Part shown: one piece after another, positions 8,444-17,425 of the stretch
Layout of the letters: each line of letters starts with the position of its first letter
Position numbering within the stretch: position 1 is the stretch's first letter
Assembly (NCBI GenBank): GCA_964545165.1
Contig: CAZJEQ010000001.1
Location: forward strand, 65,971-129,970
Reading direction: 5' to 3'
Length of the DNA stretch: 64,000 nt
Origin: an uncultured Candidatus Saccharibacteria bacterium
GTDB lineage: Bacteria > Patescibacteriota > Minisyncoccia > Phycocordibacterales > UBA2100
Position numbers and translations under genes: made by a program
Notes under the pieces: generated by a model
What the model saw: the letters and a program-made list of their open reading frames with translations, nothing else
What the model was told of the DNA's origin: nothing
Databases searched by the model: none

Positions 8444-9184
8444 CTACGGTCGGATATCCTCGTGCGCTTTTGTGTGCGGCTTCCCGAATATGTGTACCCA
8501 AAAATGATTGAGTGCGTACACGAAGCCCGATCGCACGAGCCCTTCGTGCAGGAGTCGTCGGCCGGAGGCGTGGATGGGAAGTGCAAAGGTCCACTTCACA
8601 CCACCGATCTTCGTGAGCTCATTCGCAAGCGCTGTATCGTCGCCATAAAATTCGATATGTGTGTCGTAGCCACCGGCCTTTTCAAGTGCATCGCGGCGGA
8701 TCAAGACATTGCCGCCCTGAATAAACGAACCATGACGCAACAGAAAGCGGTTGATCACGTATACCAGCCAACCGCCCGCGTAGAAGAGCTTCACCATCGT
8801 GCGTGCGGGCGCTGAAAGGTCGTAGTAGTGAAAGGGGCCACTCACCGCGACCAGGCGCGCATCGCGCTCAAGTATCTGCAGGCCTTTTTCAAGCCAGCCT
8901 TCGGGCACCATCGTGTCCGCATCGATACTTGCAATGTAGTCGCCAGTGGACGCGCGAAATGCGGCCTGTCGTGCAGCATTAGCGCCTTTGATGGTGTGCT
9001 CTTCGACAACCCGAGCACGCTCGAACGATCGCGCAATCTCGCAGGTACGATCGGTTGAACCGTTGTCACCGATAACGACTTCGTAGGATATGCCAAGACG
9101 GTCACATTCGCTTGCTGCCGAAGCGATGCAGGCGCGAATATTTTTCTCCTCATTGAACGCGGGGATGACAAATGAGACCTTCAT
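8444..9184 (-). CDS. Glycosyltransferase family 2
   Basis: SFVIPAFNEE, DNGSTD, IDAD, FYGDD motifs. Confidence 0.92.
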   Translation of the reverse strand: MKVSFVIPAFNEEKNIRACIASAASECDRLGISYEVVIGDNGSTDRTCEIARSFERARVVEEHTIKGANAARQAAFRASTGDYIASIDADTMVPEGWLEKGLQILERDARLVAVSGPFHYYDLSAPARTMVKLFYAGGWLVYVINRFLLRHGSFIQGGNVLIRRDALEKAGGYDTHIEFYGDDTALANELTKIGGVKWTFALPIHASGRRLLHEGLVRSGFVYALNHFWVHIFGKPHTKAHEDIRP

Positions 9185-9236
9185 GGATGACATGCTGCGT
9201 GAGAAAGCTCGTTTTGCCAAATGCTACCATGTATCC

Positions 9237-10028
9237 ATGGAACGTTTCGGGAATGCAGAGCGACTCCCCGCAAACATCGATATTGACACTCAGAGTCTCG
9301 AGATTCTAAGGGCTATTGCGCACGAACAGCGGGATCCTGCTGGGAAACGCTATATATTTGCACCGAATCACGTCGAGCCAGCTGCCAAAATCAGACAGCA
9401 GACCGGTGTCGCTGATGATTTTCCGGTACTGAAAAAGGTGCTCAATGCGGTGGGCGTGCGCGATGTCCGGCCAATCGCACGCGGTGATACCGACATGCAC
9501 ATCACGGGCCCAGCGTCCGAGAAGCTGTATCACGCGCATCGAGCCGTGTGGTCCAAAGCAGGGGAGCTTGTCGCAGACGCACTGCCGGTCAACATCAATG
9601 CACATGAAAGCAGCCGCAACATGCAGAGCAATGTCGGAAACGTAATGCGCATCGTTGATGTACTCAAAGACAAAGAAGCAAATATTGCGCTGTATCCGTA
9701 CGCGAAATGGTTTACCTCTGGAACGCAAGATATATCCGAAGACACCGCTCTCCCTGAGGGAGGATTTCTCCGTGCCGTTGATGAGGGAGATCCAGCGTAC
9801 GAGACGTGGCGCAACAGCTTAAAGCGTGGTGCATTTGCGCTCTCACGACTCACTGATGCACCCGTGGTTCCTGTGTATGTTGAGCAACGCGAAGGGAAGT
9901 GGAGCTTCCGTGTCGGCGAGCCGATTACACTGTCGCACGAACAGGCTGACAACGGCGAAGAGGAGATGGCGCGCAATTACGTGCACGCAATGCGTGCACT
10001 CAAAGCGAAAGCGGCAGGGCGGGGTTAG
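9237..10028 (+). CDS. PlsC/LPLAT-like acyltransferase (divergent)
   Basis: YIFAPNH block I, LYP block III, KRGAFALS and PVVPVYV block IV. Confidence 0.6.
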   Translation: MERFGNAERLPANIDIDTQSLEILRAIAHEQRDPAGKRYIFAPNHVEPAAKIRQQTGVADDFPVLKKVLNAVGVRDVRPIARGDTDMHITGPASEKLYHAHRAVWSKAGELVADALPVNINAHESSRNMQSNVGNVMRIVDVLKDKEANIALYPYAKWFTSGTQDISEDTALPEGGFLRAVDEGDPAYETWRNSLKRGAFALSRLTDAPVVPVYVEQREGKWSFRVGEPITLSHEQADNGEEEMARNYVHAMRALKAKAAGRG

Positions 10029-10747
10029 CGGATCGGAGTCCACTCTTCGGCGTGTGCACGATCGCGTAGTGAGACTGAGATGCCATTGATGATCCACACG
10101 TACCAAAATTTCCACATGCCGAATGCGTGGATGCGGCGCCCGGAATGGTATGCAGTGAGCGAAGAGAGGAAGCGCGTTGATCCGACTTTCGCGACACGAC
10201 GGAAGAAATCGTAGTCCTCGCCAAAGACGAGATTTTCGCGGAAGCCGCCGACGGCGTCGTATGCAATTTTGCGCACGAGGATGCACTTGCCGCACGCCCA
10301 CCCACTCTTGAGCACGTTGTTGCGAAAGCGATTTTGCAGGTTGTCGATGCCAAAGACGATTTTGTCTCCCACGCGCTCGGTCTCGGGGTAGACGCGCTGC
10401 GGACCTGTGAGCCCGACGAGGGAAGGGTCTTTTTCAAATCGCTGCAGTGCGTCTGCGAGTGCCGCGTTCATATTGTGAATACGCGTATCAGCATCGAGGA
10501 AGAGGAGGTATTCGCCACGCGCCACCCGTGCACCGTCGTTTCTCCCGATGGCAGGACTGTGGAATCTGCCGCCCGGGAATACGACGACCTGATCGGCAAG
10601 TGTCCGTGCGATTTTGACCGTGTTGTCGGTGCTCGCACCATCGGAGATGATGACCTCGTGGGGCAGCGTGAGTTCGCGCTTGATGTAGTCGAGCGTGTCA
10701 CGGATATACCGTCCTTCTTGCCGAGTCGGGATGACAATAGAGATCAT
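10025..10747 (-). CDS. Glycosyltransferase family 2
   Basis: True start MISIVIPT; DGASTD, FLDAD, GED motifs. Confidence 0.9.
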   Translation of the reverse strand: MISIVIPTRQEGRYIRDTLDYIKRELTLPHEVIISDGASTDNTVKIARTLADQVVVFPGGRFHSPAIGRNDGARVARGEYLLFLDADTRIHNMNAALADALQRFEKDPSLVGLTGPQRVYPETERVGDKIVFGIDNLQNRFRNNVLKSGWACGKCILVRKIAYDAVGGFRENLVFGEDYDFFRRVAKVGSTRFLSSLTAYHSGRRIHAFGMWKFWYVWIINGISVSLRDRAHAEEWTPIR

Positions 10748-11340
10748 GAGCGGGAAGCGTTGAATAGCTTGGTACCTGCATAGTGCCCGAGCGCAAGCAG
10801 CCCTGCAACAACGAGGAGTGCGGTGCCGATGTAGGCGAGTTTGCCGAGCACATCGTCTACTTTCAGATAACCCTCGCCGAGATAGTAGCCAATCGCCAAC
10901 ATGACCGGCGACCAAATGACTTGCCCGATCACGTTCATCAGCATGTATCTGCGGAAGGGGACGCGCGAGAGTCCGGCGGTAAAGAAAATAGCCGGCGCGA
11001 TGCCAAACCCTGCCGTGAGCTTGGAGATGAGAATAATGGAATCGTGATAGCGGTGGTATGCCGCGCGCACTGCAACGATGCGCTCGTGCGTGATGCCGAA
11101 GTGTTTCCCAAAGCGCAGGCCGAATCGTTCGCCATAGCGCGCGCCGAGCGCGTACCAGAGGACATCTGCCAGAAGCTCGGATGCCATGAGCGCAATGAGG
11201 GTCGGGATGAGCTCGAGTGTGCCGAGTCTGAGGAGGGCACCGGAGAGCAGTGTGACGATAGGGCCAACAAACGGCGCTGAGATAAAGATGAAGGCGTATT
11301 TGTAGTGGAGGATCAGCGCAGTCAATGTTTCGATACCCAT
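10744..11340 (-). CDS. DedA/SNARE-associated family membrane protein
   Basis: ADVLWYALGARYG, ILISKLT.G, AGLSRVPFRRY; 4-nt overlap with the GT2 gene. Confidence 0.85.
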   Translation of the reverse strand: MGIETLTALILHYKYAFIFISAPFVGPIVTLLSGALLRLGTLELIPTLIALMASELLADVLWYALGARYGERFGLRFGKHFGITHERIVAVRAAYHRYHDSIILISKLTAGFGIAPAIFFTAGLSRVPFRRYMLMNVIGQVIWSPVMLAIGYYLGEGYLKVDDVLGKLAYIGTALLVVAGLLALGHYAGTKLFNASRS

Positions 11341-11419
11341 CCGGACAGTATACCGGCAGGGGCGTCGCTTTCACGCGGACTATCATTAGCAAGGGTCGCA
11401 GTATTATACTGAGGCACCT

Positions 11420-12076
11420 ATGGGAGATTTTTCACCGCGCACGATTGTGCACCGCTACCAAGCATTCTTTGCGGAGCCGGGTGCGCTCTCGAGCGTGGCC
11501 GTTTCTCTCTTTTGTCTGTTTATCGCGTGGTGGGTGAATTACTTTGCAATCGTGCTTGCCACGGAGCGGGCGAGCAATGCGGTGACCGACCTCGTCTTGT
11601 CGAATATCCCGGTCTTTGAGGTGGATGGGTTCTTTGTCTACGGGACGTTTGTCTTCGCCATCGTCACCGTCGGCATCATCCTGGCGCGCCCGCGACGCAT
11701 TGCCTTCGCGCTCCTCGCGGTGTCACTGTTTTGGGTGATCCGATCGCTTTTTACGTCGCTCACGCATCTTGCTCCCTTCGAGCATCACTACGTATCTGAC
11801 TTCGGCCCGGCGATCAACAAAATGTTTTTCGGGGGTGACCGCTTCTTCTCGGCGCACACGGGCATGCCGTTTCTCGGAGCGCTCGCGTTTTGGAAAAACG
11901 TTCCGCTGCGTATTTTTTATCTATCAGGCTCGCTGTACTTCGGCGTGGTGGTACTGCTCGGGCATCTCCACTATTCCATTGATGTTGCGGCAGCCTTTTT
12001 CATTACCTACACGATCTACCACCTTGCCATCTGGGCCTTTCCGCGCGCCTATCGACGTTTCCACGATGAGAGCTGA
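11420..12076 (+). CDS. PAP2 / sphingomyelin-synthase-like membrane phosphotransferase
   Basis: D.FFSAHT and HLHYSIDV catalytic motifs; about 6 TM helices. Confidence 0.82.
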   Translation: MGDFSPRTIVHRYQAFFAEPGALSSVAVSLFCLFIAWWVNYFAIVLATERASNAVTDLVLSNIPVFEVDGFFVYGTFVFAIVTVGIILARPRRIAFALLAVSLFWVIRSLFTSLTHLAPFEHHYVSDFGPAINKMFFGGDRFFSAHTGMPFLGALAFWKNVPLRIFYLSGSLYFGVVVLLGHLHYSIDVAAAFFITYTIYHLAIWAFPRAYRRFHDES

Positions 12077-12105
12077 CCTGTCCTTTGGTAGGGTACACTG
12101 ATGCT

Positions 12106-12309
12106 ATGGACGATGAACTACGTACGCGGCTTGATACGATCGAGCAGAAGGTCGAAGCAGCCCGAGTTGCGGCCGAGACGGCGCGCACATATCTCTTTTG
12201 GACCGGTGTGGTGACGATCGCCCTGATTGTGCTCCCTGCGATCGGGCTCCTCTTTGCCGTTCCGTCGCTTGTATCGACCTACTCGCAGACCTACGAGCTC
12301 TTGCAGTAG
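12106..12309 (+). CDS. Small coiled-coil + TM protein
   Basis: TACACT 6 nt before ATG; one hydrophobic helix. Confidence 0.7.
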   Translation: MDDELRTRLDTIEQKVEAARVAAETARTYLFWTGVVTIALIVLPAIGLLFAVPSLVSTYSQTYELLQ

Positions 12310-12378
12310 GGAAGCAGCACGGTAAGGAAGTGTGGGATACTACGTCTATTTGGTAATCATTAAATATTCATTAATTCT

Positions 12379-13203
12379 ATGATGGATGAACAATCAGTGC
12401 GCGAGTTTACTAGTGCCACGAACATTCGAGCAGCCGGCTTCGCGGTACTCGCCATGCTCGCGCTCTTTCTCCTGGTCTCTACCTTGAGCGAATTCAAGAG
12501 CCTGCGCTTTATTGGCTCGGGTGTCACTGCCACCAACACCATCTCGGTCTCTGGCGAAGGTACCGCCTTTGCTGTCCCGGATATCGCGACGTTCTCAGTC
12601 TCGGTCCGCGAGACGGCAAAAGATGTTGCGACTGCCCAGAAAGCAGCTACCGAAAAGAACAACAACATCATCGAATACCTCTCAGAAGCAGGTATTGCCG
12701 AGAAGGACATCCAGACGACTGATTACAGCGTGAATCCACAATACGATTACTCCAGCACCTCGTGTGCAGGCGGCTACTGCCCCCCGTCGAATCCGAAACT
12801 CGTCGGCTACGAGGTCGCACAGACACTCACCATTAAGGTACGCGAGACAGACAAGGCAGGGGATGTCCTCTCCGGCGTCGGCTCGCTCGGCGCGTCGAAT
12901 GTCTCCGGTCTCTCGTTTACGATCGACGACGAAGATGCGGTGAATGCCGAAGCGCGCGAAAAGGCGATCGCGGATGCGCGCACCAAAGCTGAGAAGCTCG
13001 CGAAAGAGCTCAACGTGCACCTCGTGCGCATCGTCGGCTTCAGTGAGAATGGTAACTATCCGTACTACGCCAAAACCATGCTCGAGAGCAGTGCCTCATA
13101 CGGTCGTGGCGGTGCGATGGACGCCGTTGCGCCTGCACCGCAGCTCCCGGTCGGTGAAAACAAAATCGTCTCCACCGTGTCGGTGACATACGAAATCCGA
13201 TAA
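12379..13203 (+). CDS. SIMPL (DUF541) domain protein
   Basis: TISVSGEG...PDIA, DIQT..YSVNPQY, AREKAIADARTKA, VSVTYEI. Confidence 0.92.
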   Translation: MMDEQSVREFTSATNIRAAGFAVLAMLALFLLVSTLSEFKSLRFIGSGVTATNTISVSGEGTAFAVPDIATFSVSVRETAKDVATAQKAATEKNNNIIEYLSEAGIAEKDIQTTDYSVNPQYDYSSTSCAGGYCPPSNPKLVGYEVAQTLTIKVRETDKAGDVLSGVGSLGASNVSGLSFTIDDEDAVNAEAREKAIADARTKAEKLAKELNVHLVRIVGFSENGNYPYYAKTMLESSASYGRGGAMDAVAPAPQLPVGENKIVSTVSVTYEIR

Positions 13204-13269
13204 GTAATTCATGAACGGCGCTCGCATCTTTTTTTGATGCGGGCGCCGTTTCTGTTAGACTATCGATCT

Positions 13270-13566
13270 ATGGCTATTTCAAAAACACAGAAGTCCAAAG
13301 CAGATACTATCGCAGAGATTTTTTCGCTCGTCTCATCGACGACACGCGTGATGATTCTGACGACGCTTATGAAGAAAAAGGAGTTGCCGGTGCAAGACAT
13401 TGCAGAAGAGCTCGGTATGACGCACTCTGCCGTCTCGCATCAGCTCGGCCTCCTCTCATCGCACGACATCGTGAGCTCCAAAAAAGACGGACGCCTCGTG
13501 TACTACAAGGTTTCGAGCAGCAAAGAGGCAAAAGCGCTCACCAAATTCCTCTCGACACTGGCATAA
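13270..13566 (+). CDS. ArsR/SmtB-family transcriptional regulator
   Basis: V.DIAEELGMTHSAVSHQL...KDGRLVYY. Confidence 0.9.
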   Translation: MAISKTQKSKADTIAEIFSLVSSTTRVMILTTLMKKKELPVQDIAEELGMTHSAVSHQLGLLSSHDIVSSKKDGRLVYYKVSSSKEAKALTKFLSTLA

Positions 13567-13645
13567 CGGTGCTCGTTGCTCTCGCTGCTGAGGCGAGCTA
13601 GTATCGAGGTCGAGAATAGTGTTCAACCAGAGGAGGATTGAGTCA

Positions 13646-15313
13646 ATGCTCAAGCAATTGGTTAAGCGTCCTGCGTTTGATCCGCAGGCGGCACTCGAGC
13701 ATCTCGCTGGTCTCGGCCGTAGTGACGGCAAGATCCCGAATGAATTCGCTGATCCACCCATCGGCCGTATGGCCGGCGCGTTCACCCACGAAGCGCTGCG
13801 TACGCGCCGCGGCATCATGTGCGAATTTTTCCGAATCGCACGATCGATGCCGCGTGAGTGGTGGCGCTCGTACACGAGCGCGCTCGGCACATTCGTCTTC
13901 GAGGTCATCGGGACAGAAGATGGGCCAGCAGTCACCGTGCTCTCTCATGCGGATTCCGTTCGCAATGGCGGGAAATACGACGGTTTGCTCGGCCTGATCG
14001 CGGCGCTCGTCATCGTGGATCAGATCGCCATTACTCGCCGGCCGCGTCGGACACTCCGGGTCATCGTGTGCATCGCCGAAGAGTCTGACTTCACCGGCGT
14101 GGCGTGCCTCGATAGTCGTTTCTTGGTCGGCTCTGTCGATCCGGACACGATTGCCAAGGTCAACTACGGAGCGGTAACGCTTGCCGAACACCTCGGTGCG
14201 GAGCGCATGATGCGGATCCGCACCGAATGGAACACCACGAAAAGGTTCTCGGTCGAGGACACAGATCTGGCCACGGAGTTGCACATCGAGCAGAGCAACT
14301 TGCTCGCGGCGCTCGGATACGACGTTGGCGTCGTCACGCATATCGGTGGCTCATGGCGCGAGAAGCTCTCGGCCGAAGTGACACCGATGCGCGTCGAGAG
14401 CCATGATCACGTGCTCGCTCGTCTGCGATTCGTCGGCAAGCGTGCACATACCGGTGCGATGCCGCCGAATCCGCGCGTGCGAGGCGGACAGCTCTTCCGC
14501 AAGGACGCGCTCGTTGCGTCGAGTCTCTGTGCCAAGGAGCTCTTGCGGCAAGACAGCGTTCGGCTCGTGAGCTCTCGCTACCTCTCGCCGAGCGGCTACA
14601 CCACCGTGCCGTACGACCAGGAAGTCGTGCTGCTTGTACGCACCGACATGCGTGATCTGCACGAGCTCGCGCTCGCCGCAGCCGCAGTGCGCTCACAGCA
14701 AGATTTCGGCGTCGTCATGACGTACGAGATCACGCCGTGCGACGCACAAGAAATCATGACGATCGAGCATCGCTCAGCGCTGCGTGCCTTAAGCGTTGCA
14801 CCGGCGGTCGCGCACGCGACGCGCAGTGCCTTCGCGAGGGAGGGGGTGCAGCTTGGGCTGACCCGCGCGACAGTCACCGACATGGTGCTCGACGAGCACG
14901 GTCTCCGTGCGCTCCTCGATGGTCGGGAGATCGATCATGAGGCAGGCACACGTTTGCAGAAACAGCTGCATGGCGTCCTGGAAGTGTGCAGCGTCACGGT
15001 CACCTCGGTGTCGCGCTCGCTCTCGACGCCGACTGACCCGATCGAGAGCGAGCGCCTCTTCCGTCTCGCCGAAGAGACGGTGATCTGGGACGGGGATGTG
15101 CGGCGACCGCTCAAGGTGCTGCGCATCGCATCCTTCCCGGGACATGATCTGCGGCCCTTCCTGGAGCAGGGTATCCGCGGCGTACTGCTCTTCGTGCGGC
15201 AAGCCTCCGAGGAGGAGACCAGCCACTCGCCCCGCGAGACGGTCGAGTGGCAGGATGTCTTCCGTGCGTTCCGCGTGTTTGCGCTGTTTATTCGCAACGC
15301 CCTGCACGCCTGA
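13646..15313 (+). CDS. M20-family Zn amidohydrolase (allantoate amidohydrolase / N-carbamoylase-like), enlarged
   Basis: SHADSV..GGKYDG, EES, ELHIEQ, AHTGAMP, RKDAL, GHD, SHSPRE; SD GAGGAGG before ATG 13646. Confidence 0.8.
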   Translation: MLKQLVKRPAFDPQAALEHLAGLGRSDGKIPNEFADPPIGRMAGAFTHEALRTRRGIMCEFFRIARSMPREWWRSYTSALGTFVFEVIGTEDGPAVTVLSHADSVRNGGKYDGLLGLIAALVIVDQIAITRRPRRTLRVIVCIAEESDFTGVACLDSRFLVGSVDPDTIAKVNYGAVTLAEHLGAERMMRIRTEWNTTKRFSVEDTDLATELHIEQSNLLAALGYDVGVVTHIGGSWREKLSAEVTPMRVESHDHVLARLRFVGKRAHTGAMPPNPRVRGGQLFRKDALVASSLCAKELLRQDSVRLVSSRYLSPSGYTTVPYDQEVVLLVRTDMRDLHELALAAAAVRSQQDFGVVMTYEITPCDAQEIMTIEHRSALRALSVAPAVAHATRSAFAREGVQLGLTRATVTDMVLDEHGLRALLDGREIDHEAGTRLQKQLHGVLEVCSVTVTSVSRSLSTPTDPIESERLFRLAEETVIWDGDVRRPLKVLRIASFPGHDLRPFLEQGIRGVLLFVRQASEEETSHSPRETVEWQDVFRAFRVFALFIRNALHA

Positions 15314-15449
15314 TCATTTGAAGGGGACCTGTCGCCAGCGCGCGACAGGTTCCCCTTGACTTATGGGGGAGCGGCGGTACAATCCATATATCAAACGCCG
15401 CAAGGCGTTTTTAAAATGGCAAAATTAATCGCTTAAAACCGCATATTGT

Positions 15450-15728
15450 ATGGCAGGTATCGGACAATATTTGAAGGATACGCAGGGTGAATTGCGCCAT
15501 GTCGCATGGCCGACGCAGACGCAGACCATTGTGTACACGGTGCTCGTCGCGATCATCTCGATCGGTGTCGCGCTCTACCTTGGCTTTTTTGATTATCTCT
15601 TCACGGCCGGCCTTTCGCGCGTGATCGGCGTCGAGGCGGCGCCCGCGCAAGAGGAGCAGACGATTCCAGCGCAGGAAAATACCCAGGCAGATTTCTCGCT
15701 TCCGGGCACTGAAACTAACACCCAATAA
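15450..15728 (+). CDS. secE: Preprotein translocase subunit SecE
   Basis: ELRHVAWPT motif plus TM helix; precedes nusG. Confidence 0.95.
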   Translation: MAGIGQYLKDTQGELRHVAWPTQTQTIVYTVLVAIISIGVALYLGFFDYLFTAGLSRVIGVEAAPAQEEQTIPAQENTQADFSLPGTETNTQ

Positions 15729-15730
15729 TT

Positions 15731-16276
15731 ATGGCTAAACAAACGTACGGACAAGAACGCCAGTGGTACGCCATCCACACGTACTCGGGCTACGAAGATG
15801 CGGTCGCGCGCAATCTCAAGCAGCGCATCGAATCATTCGGCATGGGTGAGCAGATCTTCAACGTCGTCGTTCCGATCGAGAAGAAGATCAAGATTAAGAA
15901 TGGTCGCAAGACCGAGATGAAAGAGAAGATCTTCCCAGGCTACGTGCTCGTCGACATGGTGGCGACGGACGACGCGTGGTCGGTGGTGCGCAACACGCCG
16001 CAGGTCACGGGATTTGTCGGTACCGCCAATCAGGCAGTCCCGCTTTCGCAGGAGGAAGTCGACAAAATCTTGAAGCGCTCCGAGGGTGATACGGTCCGTC
16101 ACGCGATCGATCTTGCACCAGGGGACGCGGTCGTGATCATCGACGGACCCTTCAAGGATCTTGAAGGCAAGGTCGGGGAGATTGACGAAGAGCGTGGAAA
16201 GGTTAAGGTATTAGTCCCGATGTTCGGTCGCGAGACTCCGGTGGAGCTCGAAGCTGATCAGGTACAGCGCGTATAA
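15731..16276 (+). CDS. nusG: Transcription termination/antitermination factor NusG
   Basis: WYAIHTYSGYE, FPGYVLV, KOW motif, FGRETPVEL. Confidence 0.97.
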   Translation: MAKQTYGQERQWYAIHTYSGYEDAVARNLKQRIESFGMGEQIFNVVVPIEKKIKIKNGRKTEMKEKIFPGYVLVDMVATDDAWSVVRNTPQVTGFVGTANQAVPLSQEEVDKILKRSEGDTVRHAIDLAPGDAVVIIDGPFKDLEGKVGEIDEERGKVKVLVPMFGRETPVELEADQVQRV

Positions 16277-16282
16277 ACATCT

Positions 16283-16699
16283 ATGGCAAAAGAAATCACA
16301 AAAATCATCAAATTGCAGATCGAGGCCGGTAAGGCCACGCCTGCTCCGCCGGTAGGTACCGCGCTCGGCCCAGCCGGCGTGAATATCGGCGAATTCGTCA
16401 ACCAGTTCAACAACCAGACGCGTCCGCTCATGGGCTCGATCCTCCCGGTACTCCTCACCGTATACAAGGATCGCTCCTTCACCTTTATCGTGAAGAAGCC
16501 GCCGGCCTCGCGCCTCATCCTCAAGGCACTCGGTATCGAGAAGGGATCTCCGAAACCGCAGACCAAGATTGCCAAGCTCACCAAGCAGCAGCTCGAAGAT
16601 ATCGCCAATGAGAAGATGGAAGATCTCAATGCACCGGATCTCGAAGCGGCCAAGAAAGTGATTGCAGGTACGGCCCGCTCGATGGGCATCGACGCATAA
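16283..16699 (+). CDS. rplK: 50S ribosomal protein L11
   Basis: [22 protein letters not shown]. Confidence 0.97.
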   Translation: MAKEITKIIKLQIEAGKATPAPPVGTALGPAGVNIGEFVNQFNNQTRPLMGSILPVLLTVYKDRSFTFIVKKPPASRLILKALGIEKGSPKPQTKIAKLTKQQLEDIANEKMEDLNAPDLEAAKKVIAGTARSMGIDA

Positions 16700-16716
16700 A
16701 ACGCACCAGCAAGCAC

Positions 16717-16743
16717 AAAAGACCGCCGACAGGCGGTCTTTTG
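16717..16743 (+). terminator. Intrinsic terminator directly after rplK
   Basis: aaaagaccgcc-gaca-ggcggtctttt. Confidence 0.85.
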
Positions 16744-16773
16744 TTATGAGGGAATCACTGGTACAACTCATCT

Positions 16774-17403
16774 ATGAAGAAGGGAAGCCTAATCGTATTT
16801 GAAGGCATCGACGGCGCCGGCAAGGCGACGCAGGTGAAGCTCGTGGCAGCAAAGCTGCGTAAGCAGGGCCACACCGTGACGGTCTTTAGTTTTCCTGATT
16901 ACTCACGCCCGGTCGGACAGTTTATTCACGACTCCCTCCACAACAAATTCGGCAATCATCGTGCCGTCGATGCGTACCATGCGTCGTTTCTCTATGCGGT
17001 CGATCGTGCGCTCGCGCGCGAGAAGATCGTCGCTGCGCTCAAGAAGGGAATCGTGATCTGCGATCGTTATACGACCAGCACGCTGGCCTTCGGCGCTGCC
17101 AATTGTGCGCCGAAAGATCGTGCGAAATTTCAGGCCTTTTTTGAAAAGTTTGAGTTTGATGATTTCAAGCTGCCGCGTCCGACACGCGTGATCTATCTCG
17201 CGCTGCCAGTCGCACTGACGCGCTCCCGTATTGCTCAGCGCGGCAAAAAGTTGGATGCCAACGAGCGCGATGTTTCGTATCAAAAAGCGGTCGCCGCTGA
17301 GTATGCGAAGCTCGCGAAGAGGAAAGAGTGGCGCACCGTCGTCTGTAAGGAAGGGGAGACTCCGAATGCTGTCGCAGAACGCGTAGAGGACGCGCTTGCC
17401 TAG
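16774..17403 (+). CDS. tmk: Thymidylate kinase
   Basis: FEGIDGAGKAT P-loop and CDRY motif. Confidence 0.92.
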   Translation: MKKGSLIVFEGIDGAGKATQVKLVAAKLRKQGHTVTVFSFPDYSRPVGQFIHDSLHNKFGNHRAVDAYHASFLYAVDRALAREKIVAALKKGIVICDRYTTSTLAFGAANCAPKDRAKFQAFFEKFEFDDFKLPRPTRVIYLALPVALTRSRIAQRGKKLDANERDVSYQKAVAAEYAKLAKRKEWRTVVCKEGETPNAVAERVEDALA

Positions 17404-17425
17404 GCGTACTACAATACCGATACCT

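Noticed and set aside
10025-11392. 455-aa ORF suggesting a DedA-GT2 fusion or frameshift
   Set aside because: The upstream half is a shadow frame over dedA. DedA (10744-11340) and GT2 (10025-10747) are separate genes with a normal 4-nt overlap.
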